Assembly (NCBI RefSeq): GCF_020745735.1
Contig: NC_083411.1
Span: 35,981,263-36,045,262 of the forward strand
From: Hemiscyllium ocellatum
Lineage: Eukaryota
DNA length: 64,000 bases
Reading direction: 5' to 3'
Below the pieces are notes generated by a model that made no database searches, had not been told where the DNA came from, and saw only the letters and a program-made list of their open reading frames with translations. Positions 13,180 to 25,760 of the stretch are shown piece after piece. The position numbers were made by a program, and so were the translations under genes. Position 1 is the first letter of the stretch, and each line of letters opens with the position of its first letter.

Positions 13180-13555
13180 CAGTAACATCAAGTATTACAT
13201 AACTCAATAGGTAAGAGGCCTGGAAAATAATCAAAAGATATTAATTCAAATCTGAACACAACAGTTGGGGAATTTCAAATTCAGTGAATTAATTAAATTT
13301 TGAATAAAAAGCTAGTGTCACTAACGATGGCGAAGAAACAACCAGATTTTCATTAGGGAAAGGTTACTGATCTGGTCCATAGGTGAATTCATACCCAGGG
13401 CAACAAGATTGATGAATAACTGCCCACTAGAGTGGTCTAGCAAATACCCTACTTATATTCACAGCAGCTCACCATCAGCTTCACAAAGGGAATTAGGAAT
13501 GGGCAATAAATGTTGGTCTTCCCCAAGATATCCATAACCGTTGTAGGCTTTAAAA
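13180..13555 (+). mobile_element. Old SINE / internally deleted LINE with L2/CR1-type 3' end
   Basis: 3' end aagggaattaggaatgggcaataaatg... is shared with 43465-43590. The 5' part resembles 52460-52740. Confidence 0.5.
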
Positions 13556-13699
13556 AAATTCAATTTGACAACTTGGAAGAATCAACCCATGAATCTTTCT
13601 GATGAGCCATGGCGCCACAATAAGGGCAGTTATCTCGTGAGTTTTGAAGAACTATGGAAGCAGAATTAAACCAGAATCCATAATTATTGAATGCTTTTC

Positions 13700-13990
13700 C
13701 ATGATTAGGGGTCACATTTTTAAGGTGAGAGGAAAGATTTAAAAAAGATATGAGGAAGCAAATCTTTTACTCAGAGGGTGGTTCACAGGTGGAATAAACT
13801 TCATGAGGAAGTGGTTGATGTGGGTACATTTATTACATTTAAAAGACATTTGGATAAATACATGAATAGGAAATGTTTGGATGGATATGGTCCCGGAGCA
13901 GACTAGTTTAGTTTGGAATTATGTTCAGCATAGACTGGTTGGACTAAAGAGTCTATTTCTGTGCTGTATGATTCTATGACTCTGTGACTC
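13700..13990 (+). mobile_element. CR1 3' end fragment
   Basis: Matches the 3' end of the 7072-9197 CR1, including the ctatgactct tail. Confidence 0.85.
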
Positions 13991-14231
13991 CAGTTGGAAA
14001 ATGCATGTGTAAGAATGAGGAGGTTAATTTGAAATTTTATTGATTGGTGAAAAACAGTTGCTACGCCTCCACCCAGACCATGGGCAAGATTCCATAACTT
14101 GTAATGTTTCAAGCTAAGATACCCCAAATCAACTAGTTGCGTTGGTTGGTTAATTAATAATAAATCTTTCCACCCCACCCCACCCCTCCCCCAGATCTAA
14201 ATTATGCTTTAAAAGGGAGCTAATTTAATCA

Positions 14232-15322
14232 AGAGGGAAAATGAGGAATGCAGATGCTGGAGATCAGAGCTGAAAAATGTGTTGCTGGAAAAGCGCAGCA
14301 GGTCAGGCAGGTTCAAAGGAGCAAGAGAATCAACATTTCGGGCATAAGCCCTTCTTCAGGCTAAGATAAAAGGTAGGGAGGAGGTACTTGGGGGAGAGGC
14401 GTTGGGAATGCGATAAGTGGAAGGAAGTTAAGGTGAGGGTGATAGGTCAGAGAGGGGGTGGAGGCGGAGAGGTTGGGAAGAAGATTGCAGGTCAAGAAGG
14501 CGGTGCTGAGTCCGAGGGTTGGGACTGAGATAAGGTGAGGGGAGGGGAAGTGAGAAAGCTGGAGAAATCTGCATTCATCCCTTGTGGTTGGAGTGTTCTT
14601 AGGTGGAAGATGAGGCACTCTTCCTCCAGGCGTCGTGTCTGGCGATGGAGGAGGCCAAGGAGCTGCATGTCTTTGGCAGAGTGGGAGAGGGAGTTGAAGT
14701 GTTCAGCCACGGGGCGGTTGAGTTTGTTGGTGTGGGTGTCCCAGAGGTGTTCTCTGAAACGTTCCGCAAGTAGGCAGCCTGTCTCCCCAATGTAGAGGTG
14801 GCCACATCGGGTGCAGCGGATGCAATAAATGATATGTGTGGAGGTGCTGGTGAATTTGTGATGGATATGGAAGGATCCCTTAGGGCCTTGGAGGGATGTG
14901 AGGGGGGAGGTGTGGGTGCAAGTTTTGCATTTCTTGCGGTTGCAGGGGAAGGTGCCGGGAGTGGAGGTTAGGTTGGTGGGGGGTGTGGACCTGACGAGGG
15001 CATCGCAGAGGGAATGGTCTTTCTGGAATGCTGATAGGGGAGGGGAGGGAAATATATCCTTGGTGGTGGGGACTGTTTGGAGGTGGCGGAAATGACGAAG
15101 GCTGATACGATGTATCTGGAGGTTGGTGGGGTGGTAGGTGAGAACCAGTGGGGTTCTGTCCTGGTGGCAATTGGAGGGGTGGGGTTCAAGGGCGGAGGAG
15201 CGGGAAATGGAGGAGATGCGGTGCAGAGCATCATCAACCACGTCTGAGGGGAAATTGCGGTCTTTGAAGTGTGGAGGTGCAGGTGAATTTGTGACGGATA
15301 TGGAAGGATCCCTTGGGGCCTT
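14232..15322 (-). mobile_element. 5'-truncated Penelope-like element (GIY-YIG endonuclease) ending in a family A hammerhead terminus
   Basis: ORF 14492-15241: PLVLTYHP, GTFPCNRKKCKTC, IIYCIRCTRCGHLYIGET, ERFREH, VAEHFN. 16-bp TSD ggagctaatttaatca at 14216-14231 and 15323-15338. Confidence 0.95.
14329..14362 (-). ncRNA. Minimal hammerhead motif in Penelope 3' terminus
   Basis: Minus strand: c-CTGAAGA-a-GGGC-ttat-GCCC-GAAA-tGTT-g. Confidence 0.72.
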
Positions 15323-15386
15323 GGAGCTAATTTAATCAGTCTATCTTGAGTTAACAAAGGCTAAGTGTATTAATTAATAAATGGAA

Positions 15387-15580
15387 GAATTGCTAGAAAG
15401 CAGAGAGAAAGCAGAGTTAATGTTTCAGGTCCAATGAATCTTCTTCAGAACTGCTGGTTCTGAAGAAGGTTCACTGCACTGATTAACTATGCTTTCTCTC
15501 CACAGATGCTGACAGACCTGCTTAGTTTTTTCAGCAATTTCTGTTCTTGATTTCCAAAATCTGGAGTTCTTTGGTTTTTA
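15387..15580. mobile_element. Palindromic family B hammerhead element (older)
   Basis: Centre cttcttcagaac-tgctg-gttctgaagaag. Minus motif at 15415-15452: AGTT-CTGAAGA-a-stem II-GAAA-catt-AACT. Arms end gagaaagca / tgctttctc. No clear TSD. Confidence 0.8.
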
Positions 15581-16312
15581 TGGCTTAGGGATAGTTCGTA
15601 GACTGTGACCTTTGCAGCATGCTAATGCTTGAAGCACTGGTTAGTGTGCCCCCTAATTTTCTTTCCAGCTGCACGGGCCTCTGAGATTCGTGCATGGCAA
15701 CAAGTTTTGAAACCAGACATCAATCCTATAATTTGTGTGCCAATGCAGATCACCGTGTGCGGAAGCTTGGGAATGTTGACCCGTGCTAATGCACATTGAT
15801 ACCTTAGCTCACTAGCACCCATCAGAATGTTCAGTCATACTAGCATGCTCCAGTAGATGTTATACGGCTTTTAAATTCCTGTCATTGTGTATTCTTCAAA
15901 AGGAAAAATAGAAAATGTATCTGCAGTTTGGCCATAATTCACAGAGCAATTATATTTGTCACCAGGAGAGACCACTGACCAATCTGTTTTAACTTGCATC
16001 ATCCCCCTTTGAAAGATTGTGGTCTGAAGTTTCATTTGCATCCTTTGGTCCGGCTTTCCATAGACTTCTGTCTCACTCCAGATAACCACTTAATTTACAT
16101 TCACAGCCACTGTTGCCTGTATCACCTCCTTTTCAAAGCTTCACATTTTGTAACTACAAGTCAAAAATGTCCACAGCACTTCTGGTTCTGACCCTTGGTC
16201 ATGACATAGCAAAGCACAGTTTTGTTTTCCATTGACTTCAGCAGAAATTCTGATCCATCAACAAAAGATCCCTGTTGAGTGATCACTTGGTTGGACCAGG
16301 ATATTATAATCT

Positions 16313-16390
16313 CCATTGCCAAACAGTCTGTGAGTGGCTACCCCACTGCCAAACAGTCTGTGAGTGACTACCCCACTGCCAAACAGTCTG
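16313..16390. repeat. 30-bp tandem repeat, about 2.6 copies
   Basis: ccactgccaaacagtctgtgagtg(g/a)ctacc repeated. Confidence 0.9.
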
Positions 16391-17251
16391 AGTCATAGAA
16401 GGCACCATGTTTGGACAGTAAGGAAACTGCACAGGTTTTAAGATGAAGACTGTTCTTTGTGCAGTATCTTTTCCTGTCAAGCTTTTTCTATAATTTTCAT
16501 TTTATACAAATAACTTACTTTTCTCTACTTACTACAGATTAGGCTCCATGAATTTTATATTTGATTTAGCTGATTTGTATTCACTAATTCTCAGTTAGAG
16601 GCCCTCCTTTTGTATAACTTTGGGCTGTACAGAAAGAATTAATAAATGAAATCAAGCTGATAATGGTTATGACAGTTTCTTGCAAATCCCACCCTGGACA
16701 AAAATATCTTATGCTAATTGAAGCACAAGATCTGCTTCATATGTGCTCAATCAATTCTCTGGCCTTTTATTTTAATATTGAACTTCCTACAGACTCTGAA
16801 CACTTTATTAAACAGAGACAGAATGCTCCGACTGAGGCCTATCTGACTTTATGGAGTGTCACTTATAACGCAGATACTATTCACTAATCGATAGTGCATT
16901 AACCTTTATAGGACACTGCTAATGATGTAAATGAAGGATTTTATTAACTGATCTTTTGCCACTTTGGGTTAATCTAAGTGCACAGATTGAACTGCTAACC
17001 TAAGAACGGATAGGTATAAATTAAATTGAATGTTACTGTTCAGCCCAATTCTCATAATTTTAAATAGAAGTATTTAGCTGTTTTTACTTTTTTTCAATCT
17101 GCCTGATGTTTGCTTCAAAGCAAATATCCTTTGAAATGATTTGTGACATGATATTGGTGCAGTTACTCTGCTGTTCTTACAGTGTGTACCTCAACGTGAT
17201 TGGTATAAATCTGTAGCCAATAGTTTGCACAGAATTTGCTGCCATTTTTGT

Positions 17252-17325
17252 GTTACCATGAGCAACTACACTTGGTAACAGTAACATAGCAACAGGGAAA
17301 GTGGAGAGAAGCAGAGAATGAGTCA
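17252..17325. promoter_or_regulatory. Candidate enhancer motif cluster (RFX X-box + AP-1)
   Basis: GTTACC-ATG-AGCAAC at 17252-17266, extra half-sites ggtaac and agcaac, and TGAGTCA at 17319-17325, in apparently non-repeat intron. Confidence 0.3.
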
Positions 17326-18784
17326 CTTTGGGGCACTCTCATCCATCTCGATTGCAGACACAATGGCAGATGCCTGGGGTCAGATCACCCTTTTGCTTAC
17401 TCAAGTTGGATTTATATTACAACTGTGCATCAGTAGGAAGCATTTCTCTTCACACAAATATCAAGAAGTTTGAGTAAAAGGTAGCAAATTAAAACATAAA
17501 TCCAGAATCAGGGCCTAACATGCTACTGTTGCTCCAGTGCTGAATTGAACTTGGATTTGTATTTACATTGGTATGTTATTGTCAATGCAAAGCAAAACTG
17601 TTACATGCTAATCCTGCAAGACTTTCTGAATAAAAATACATGGAAATGTATTTGGAAATCAAGATGAAAGAATATGCTTTTTAGTGAGATGTCACTGAGA
17701 TTTAAAAAGGTAGAAAATGAGTTGTAACAGGAATTAATGTTTCATTAATATTACATTTGGATTTTATAAGCTTGAGGATGATTGGAGGACAGATTGTAAG
17801 AGTAAAGTGTTTAAAAATTTAAAGTCTTTGGGAAAGAACCTGTTCTTGGGGTCAGTGCTGGAGGGGATGGTGCTTGCCACTGGCCTTGAGGAAATTAGCC
17901 CATAAGGAAGTAGCATTTATCCTTCCTTGAATGTGACTTTAAACTTGGCACCATCAGTAATGCCTGACAAAGGAAGCAGACTGATCAACTTGAGGGATTG
18001 GAAAATTTATACAGACAGCATGAAAAAAAAAGATGAAAACATATTGTAATCATTGCAGATGGTAATAAAGATCCAGGCATGTACATGGGATTAGGGTAAA
18101 AACTGAAATAGAAGTAAATTTGGAAAAAGCCTAATTTTTATGATTTTAAACTTCATCTGATTTTCAAACTTTTCTGAGAGAAAGCCATTCCACATTTAGA
18201 AGTATTTTATCAAAGCCAGAGAGGTTGTTCAATATTATTGATGACTTAGGACATCTTTGTTATTCTAGAAATCGCATTGATTTGCAGGCCAAATCATGTG
18301 AGGGTAATGTGCAGTTGGATATCCACAGGCAGAATCTTCTGTTCTGGAGTAGGAATTCTGGTGGAGTGAACTTCATTTCTACTTGTGCACAGGACAGCTT
18401 TTTTATGACATCACTGTGATCAGTTAAATAATATGCATACGTGATAAGGGAGGCAGGACTTGCAGAGGGACAGGCATGTAGTCAATGTCCTTGACGTTAA
18501 CAAGGGAGGCTGAAGTTTTGGGCGCTAATTGAAAGAGCGCCCAGACAGCATTCATTCCATTCATCTCTTGCTGGATGTTTGCCATGTTTGCAACCGCTTA
18601 TTCCCTCCTTTCACCAGGATCCCCTCCCCTGCTTACTTATTTTCACCTGTGTATACCCTCTCTTCACTAGACCCCTGTCCTTGTTTATCTTCATCTGCAT
18701 ATATCCTTGTTTCATCAACTTACTAGATGGATTCATTCATCTCTCTTGTCAGTTCTCCTTCTCCTCCACTTGGAGTGACAGCCA

Positions 18785-19020
18785 ATGATAGAAAATGGCT
18801 CCACAGTCCAGCAATGTCTTGCTGCAGCTGCTTTTTCAGACTGTTCAGGGAAGATGGGAGGTACTATTTTGCTGGTATGGCAACAGGAGGACCTCCCAAC
18901 TGATCCTGATAGCCTGGATGGAGGTGGCAGTGCAGATCAGAGGTTATGGGGCCCAGAGCATGTTCTGGGTAGGAACAGAGAGAAGCTTTCCACAATCCAC
19001 GGCAAGACTCAAGTGACAGT
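18785..19020 (+). mobile_element. Decayed PIF/Harbinger Myb/SANT-like gene remnant
   Basis: APQSSNVLLQLLFQTVQGRWEVLF resembles the APRFSD..LE.LL..V..RR.VLF start of Harbinger-associated Myb/SANT proteins. Confidence 0.5.
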
Positions 19021-19384
19021 TTTCACTGCAAGCTGGTCCTCATAAGGACAGTAAGCAGTATAGATGTGGGTATCAGAGAGCAGATAATAGCCGGGTGGCA
19101 GATGGGGAAAATGGACTGAATGTGAGAGTCACTTCATGCTCTGCCATACATCACAGGAACATGTAGCAGTATGCAAGTACTGTTGACTCAGATGCTTCAA
19201 CGTTGACTGAGGGGAACATTTTGCACAAGCTTGAAATTGTTTATTAAAACTGTTGCTATTATGGCTCCTAAAGTGAAAACACAAAATTTGATGTGGTTAT
19301 CATATGAGAAGAACAACAAATTGAAACAAAACTGTCCACAAGACAAAACTAAATAGCTAGGAAGGTAAATGCTGAGGAAAAACT

Positions 19385-20173
19385 TGACAGATGAAATATA
19401 GTGTGGGGAAATGTGAGGTTATGCACTTTGGCAGGAAGAATAGAGGAACTGTTTTTTTTAATGGAGAAACAATGAAGAAAGTTTTGGAATAGAAGGATTT
19501 GAGGGTCCTCATCCATGAATCATAAGCTAGCATTGAAATGAGGTGGCTAATGGGAAAGGCAAATGGAATGTTGGCTTCTTTTTAAAGGGAATGGAATATA
19601 AAAGTTAGGAGGTTTTGGTAAAATTGTACAAGGCAGTCATCAGACCACAGCTGGAATTCAGTGAAGACGTTTGGATCTGTTACCTAAGGGAAGATATCTT
19701 GGCATTGGAGGCAGCCCAGAAAAGGTTCACAAGGTTGATATCAGGTATGGAGGGACTAGCTTATAAGGAGAAGTCAAGCGGATTGAGCCTGCACTCATTG
19801 GAACATTGAAGAATTACAAGATTCTTAGAGGACTTGATAGGGTACTTGCAGAAAGGTTGTTTCCTCTAGTGGGAGAGACTAGGTCCAGGCATCATAATCT
19901 CAATCTAAGGAGTCACATAATTAAGACAGAGATGAAGAAAGATTTCTTCTCTCAGAAGTTAGTGAGTCCTGGAATTCTTTACATCAGAAGGTTGTCAAAG
20001 CTGGTTCATTCAAGGCTAAGATAGTTGTTTAATCAGTGAGCAAATTGAAGGTTATAGGAAAAAGGTAGGAAAGTGGAATTGAGGATTATCAGATCAACCA
20101 TGAATTCAGTGTATGCTGAAGCAGACTCGATGGACTGAATGGCCTTTTTATGCTCCTACATCTTATGGTCTTA
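19385..20173 (+). mobile_element. CR1 LINE 3' fragment
   Basis: KLYKAVIRPQLEF, YKILRGLDRV..RLFPLVGETR, tail tcttatggtctta. Confidence 0.9.
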
Positions 20174-20499
20174 TAGCCACCAAGCCAATGGAGGATTATA
20201 AATCTCGGTGGAGTAGAGATGTATTGGTGCCTGACTCAGCCTGGAATCAGGTGACAATGAGAGTGACAATAGCTACATCATGCCATTGCTTTGACTTCTG
20301 TCATTGCATCCACAAGATCCCTTCCCTCATCTGCACCATTGTACTCTCCTTCCTCCTTGTCAGAAAAGACATTTAGCTCATTACCTTTTCTCTACAAAAT
20401 CATCTCCCCCTTTGCTAAGTGCGGTTGTTCAGATTTATCAGACTGATTGTAAGCCATCTTTCTGGTGAGTATCCGTTGCTCTTGCCCTCTAGATGAATT

Positions 20500-20925
20500 G
20501 GTCATAGATATGGAAGATGCTGTCTAAGGATCTTTGGTGAATTGTAGATAGCACACACTGCTGCTACTGAGCTTTGGTGGTGGAGGGAGTGGATGTTTGT
20601 GGTTGTGGTGGAAATCAAATGGACTATTTTGACCTGGATGGTGTCAAGTTTCTTGAGTGTTGTTGGAGTTGCAGTCACCCAGGCAAGTGGAGAGTATTCT
20701 ATGACACTTCTGTGCACAATACTTCAGCTGAGACCCAATCAGTGTCTTTTAAAAGTTCATCATAACTTGTCTGTTTTTGTACTATGCGCTCCTATTTGTG
20801 AAACCTAGAATACTGTACACTTTAAAAACAACACTAAATACCTTTCGTGCTATCTCAAATAACTTATGTACATGTACCTTGGTCTCTGAGCTCCTGCACA
20901 CCTTTTGGAATAGTACCTTTTATTC
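20500..20925 (-). mobile_element. Two short LINE RT C-terminal fragments (L2/CR1-like)
   Basis: RSVIEYSPLAWVTATPTTLKKLDTIQ, followed by a CR1-like segment at 20710-20925. Confidence 0.65.
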
Positions 20926-22859
20926 TACAATGTCCTATTCACTCCATGCCTTGGCTGGACTCCCTGCCCAGTGGTTCCCCAAACTGTCCCCAACTTGGCA
21001 TCTATCATCATATCCTTGAATTTTTCAAAGCATAAAATGAAAGTAGCTCCAACACCAGAAAGTTGATGACCCTGCCAGTTGCATGTCACTAATGTGCAAG
21101 CCTACATCTGAAGACATGCATTGCTCACTCACAATAATATAACTGTGAAGAGGAACTTAACTCTGGAGACATTGCCTTTTAACTACTGTGCAAGACATAC
21201 GAATGCATGGAAATGGACTGCCCCATGCTGCTCAAACAACCTTCAAACTTCCCTGAAGTTAATACCTTCATTTTAGCTCTCATCGACAAGTTGATTTTTG
21301 GTTTTCTGTTTTATCATGTTCCCCCCCAAACCTTTCTTTCTGCATCTGCACAGGACTTTGCATCTCATATGAGGGAGGGTACCAACCTCTAACCACCTTT
21401 TCCAAGTACATAAAGAAACTGCATTGACAGATATAGTCCTTCTGTGCACAGCAAGCTTCACAGCACAGCTACATAAATGTCACCAGCAAAGGGCAACCAC
21501 TACAGTCGACCATACCTTCATTTGTCTTGACATGTCAAGCTATCGGGAACTGATGTGCAAGACCAAGAGAATGAGGCTGGTCACAATTAACACATCTCCA
21601 CTCAACTCACCAACTTGTGTACAAGTGTTTCTTGTGGGACTCCTTCACAAACATCTGATCAAATCCTGAAATGCATCCACCCATACAGTACAGAATTTTG
21701 TAGGGGAGACCAAAAGGAAGAAAAATGAACTCTACTTAGCTTTCAAAATGTATGAACAGTACTCGATAAAGACAATAGCTCCTGACTTTAGCGCAAAGTT
21801 GCTATAATTGATAAGGAGCTATTGCTACAGCTATTGACATTCTTGCTTTAAACAAAACCTAACTAAAAAGAAGGCAGCTGATAAAAAAAGAGCTATCAGC
21901 AGGTATTCTTCTGGACAGACAAAGTCAAGAAGTGAGACTTGAGAGATAGGTATTGGTTTTGCTGACATTGCAAAAATCTGGATACTTCTTCCTAAATGAT
22001 CACCTCATGACTCTAGGCCAATGGCTTGTGAACAATCATGCTGTGAGTATCAGTACAAATGCATTTGGGCTAACAGCAACAAATCCTACTGGTATTGCTA
22101 CAGAAATGAGAGATATTCTGCCGCAACAAGACATAGTTTGAAGTAGGTTTTTCTTAACCAATTCAGTGCTGTGAACCTCAAGAACAGGCACAGAACAGAT
22201 TTTTTTGGTAAGTTTAAAAATAGAAAGAATACTAATTTATTTCTCAACACCCCCAACTGTGATTGCAACAACACCTACTCACATTCACACATACAGCACA
22301 TACAAGAAAAGGTAATTACAAAAACAACTGCATGCGCTTAGTGTTTACAAAATCAAAAAGGTCACTAAAACATTGTCCTTTGTGATTGAAACTACAGAGA
22401 ACTTTGCAGATCTAATGTTTCCTTTTTGGTTTGATGAAAAAATGGAGATTTGAAGTTTCTGGCAATTAATTCATACTAGCTTACCCTTTGCAATGATAAG
22501 TTTCTGACTTCCTTTTGGTTGTAGTTGAGGTCCTGTAGTAACGATATGGATTGGTTCTGCAAATTTACAGATGAAAAGGATAGCCCCACTTTTCTTCTGT
22601 TAAGCGAATTTCTAGAAAAAAGTATTTCCTTTACTCATTGGGATCTCTTCCCTTTGAGTTTCCGAGATGGACTGACATGAGGCTGGTCATAAGTACCCAG
22701 TGATCATGATGTTTTTCACTGACCACACAAATAGTCCCTGGCAACATGAACACTGACACACAATAGGGATTGAATCTCAGCTCTGCATTTCCTTGTGGAG
22801 TGGTTTTCCTTCACACCCATTCTGTGTGGAATTTCATTGTGCAGTCATTCAATCTGGCT

Positions 22860-23960
22860 ACAGACAAAAGAAAACTGCAAATGCTGGAATTCAAGGTAGA
22901 TATGTAGGAGGCTGGAAGAACACAGCAAGTCAGGCAGCATTAGGAGGCGGAGAAGTCAATGTTTCGGGTGTAACCTTTCTTCAGGACTGGGGTGGGTATA
23001 AGGTGAGCTGCAGATAAAGGGAGTGGGGGGGGAGCACGGTGGTGAGGTGGAGATTAGTAAACAAGTTTGTTTCATCATGTGGTCAAATAGTTGGAGTGCT
23101 GAAGAGGTCACAGCGCTGTGGCAGAGAGAAAGGGACACATTGCATGCACATCGGAGGGAGACAGAGAACCTCTTCAAAGTGGGCATCCTTTGAAGAGACT
23201 TTGCTGTGGTAAAAACTTGGTTTGAGATTTAAAAAACTGCAGATGCTGGAATCCAAGGTAGAGAAGCAGGAGGCTGGAAGAACACAGCAAGCCAGGCGGC
23301 ATGAGGAGGTGGAAATGTCAATGCTTTGGGTGTAATCCTTCTTCAGGACTGTTGTGGGTATAAGGGGAGTTGCAGATAACGGGGTTGGGGGAGCAGGTTG
23401 GTGAGATGGGATAGGTGAGCTAGTTTATTTCATCATGTGGTCAACTGGCCATTGTACGCTTTTGTGAGCATTCAGTCAACAACAGTTGTTAACTCTGAGA
23501 GATTTGTTGAATTTTTAATGTCTCCTCGGGTGAGTTCCCAAAGGTTATTACATTTTAATGTCCTCTTGACATAAGCAGGCTATTTCTACCTTTGGATGGT
23601 TTCTTGCTGATGAGCAGGGAAAGAAGGAGGTCAGCTGGTCATCTCTGATTCATTTTGTTATCAAACAGATTGTTCATTCTCCATGCTTTTTCAAAAGAAA
23701 ATAAAATGTTAATTTCCTTCTTTCATCTATGCTTACCAATGAAGAGGTCACAATGCTGTGGCAGTGAGAAAGGAACACATTGAGTGCATGTCTGAGGGAG
23801 GCAGAGAACTTCTTCAAAGTGGGCATCCTTTGAAGACACTTTGCTGTGGTACAAACTTGGTTAGAGACAAAAAAAACCTGCAGATGCTGGATGCCAAGAT
23901 AGAGAAGCAGGAGGCTGGAAGAACACAGCAAGCCAGGTAGCATCAGGAGATGGAAAATTA
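22860..23960 (-). mobile_element. Tandem array of internally deleted Penelope units (family C), 362-nt period, with hammerhead motifs
   Basis: Units start at about 22860 and 23225, with a partial one at 23735-23957. Motifs at 22954-22988 and 23317-23350. Short ATG-initiated leader MPTLKRFSVSL..SAVTSSALQLFDHMMKQT. Confidence 0.8.
22954..22988 (-). ncRNA. Minimal hammerhead motif (family C)
   Basis: Minus strand: AGTC-CTGAAGA-a-AGGT-tac-ACCC-GAAA-catt-GACT, with 4-bp stem I. Confidence 0.72.
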
Positions 23961-23964
23961 CCTG

Positions 23965-24830
23965 TTATCTATGGCAAAATCAAGGACAAACTCTATGAGG
24001 ACCTGGACAGAGTAATTGCAAATGCTCAATGGAGGACATTGTTATGAGGAACTTCAATGCAACAGTAGGAAGTGAGGAAATGTCCTCAGGATTCAAAGCA
24101 TGGGGAAGGAAAAACAACAAGGACATGCAACACATGCTGCTGAAATATGTCAATCATCAATATTATTTTTTGGCAAAAGACAAAAAAATTGTAGATACAT
24201 TGAAGATCTCAACATTACTATTGGATTAACTTTATCATCATCCAACTGATAAAACAATCGATGTTATGATCCCCAAGGTACAGGAAAGGTACAGAGTGTT
24301 CTACAGATCACAAAATGTACAAGAATACCAACAAAGCTAGATGTGACAAATTGGCATCCACAAAGTGCCATGAAAATGTCAGGCTTAGCCATTCTCTAAA
24401 TAAAACCCAAGTGATGTTGAAATGGCATAATTAATCTTCAAATCAATAGTCTTGGAAGCCACTAATGATGTCTTAGGAACATAAAAATAAACCATTGAAT
24501 GTTGTTTGATGAAAATGATGACGCAATTAAGGAACTGTTACAGGAAGAAAATGTAGCAAATGTAGCATGGCTGGGAAACGTATATTTATGCTGCTAAGAA
24601 ATTATTCCAGGGGAGCAAGAGGAAGCTGCAACAGAAGCTGTGTAGGACGCAAGATGCATAGTGGGCCAAGCTGATCTGAGAGCTTCACGTTTATTTTAAT
24701 CAGCATGATGTGAGGAATTTTGAGATAGCTCTGAAGTGTATGTCACATGTGGCTTCTCACCTGTACTGAGCATTGATGGGGAATCTCTCCTGATAGACAC
24801 ATCAGTTATTAATGGACTGAACACTACAAA
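23965..24830 (+). mobile_element. Highly decayed RTE-like LINE endonuclease region
   Basis: KDKLYEDLDRVI and ..NFNATVG (GDFNA-like) motifs, plus ..FDEND..IKELL. Confidence 0.55.
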
Positions 24831-25760
24831 GCTGTGTTTACTGTCTATCACTGAGAAATAGCCATTTTCAATAACAAAAGGACACTGATGTTGATCAGTG
24901 CACCATTTTAAAAACTCAATTTACTTCTAATTGAACAAGACTATACATTTTAAGTGATTTTGCTATGTAAAAAAATTGAGTTTCTTGTCAATTCCTGTAG
25001 ACTGTATCTATCCACTGCATCTGTGGAGCAATATATTACCAACATCAATTTCCGGACACATGTTTAGCCATGCATGTGCTGATATGAGAAGTTGCTGTCA
25101 GTCTGACACAATAATAATAGTCCTACTATCATTAGAATTGCAGCTTCCAGACTGACACACTGGAACAGGGAATGGAGAAAAATCTTGATTTCACGAATGA
25201 GGAAATACAAATCTGACAAATGCATGTAGGATGCTGTATTTGCAAATCAGAAAGCAGTAAGAAGGAAGTTCATTCTTTCTTGGAAGTGGGAGTCACTTGT
25301 AAGGCCAATATTTGTTGGTCTGAGTGGTTTGCTAGGCCATTTCAGAAGGCCAATATCCTCATACGGGTATGAAGTCACATGTAGATGAGATCATTTACTG
25401 ACAGTAGATTGTCCTCCCTCAGAGACTTTAGTGAATTGAATGGGTTTTTGCAACAATTGATGACAGTTGTCATGGTCACCATTTTAATGTTAGCACTTAA
25501 TTCCAGATTTAATAATTGAATTCAAATTCCAGCAATATTCAAGGTGGGATTTGTGCAAATATCTCTAAAGCATTTGTTTGGGTCTCTGAATTGTTAGTTC
25601 ATTGCTAGTAGCACTAAAATCCATCTCCTCTTATCCAGGCAAGAGTCTCCTTACTTGTTCTTATTGACTTTAATTATATTGAGGTTTCTCGAAACTGCAA
25701 TCTGATAAATGCTGCCTTGATATTAAGGACAGTTGCTCTCAGCTCACCTCTGGAATTCAG

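Noticed and set aside
16313-16390. 30-bp repeats as a CRISPR-like array
   Set aside because: Head-to-tail tandem copies with no unique spacers, in a vertebrate context.
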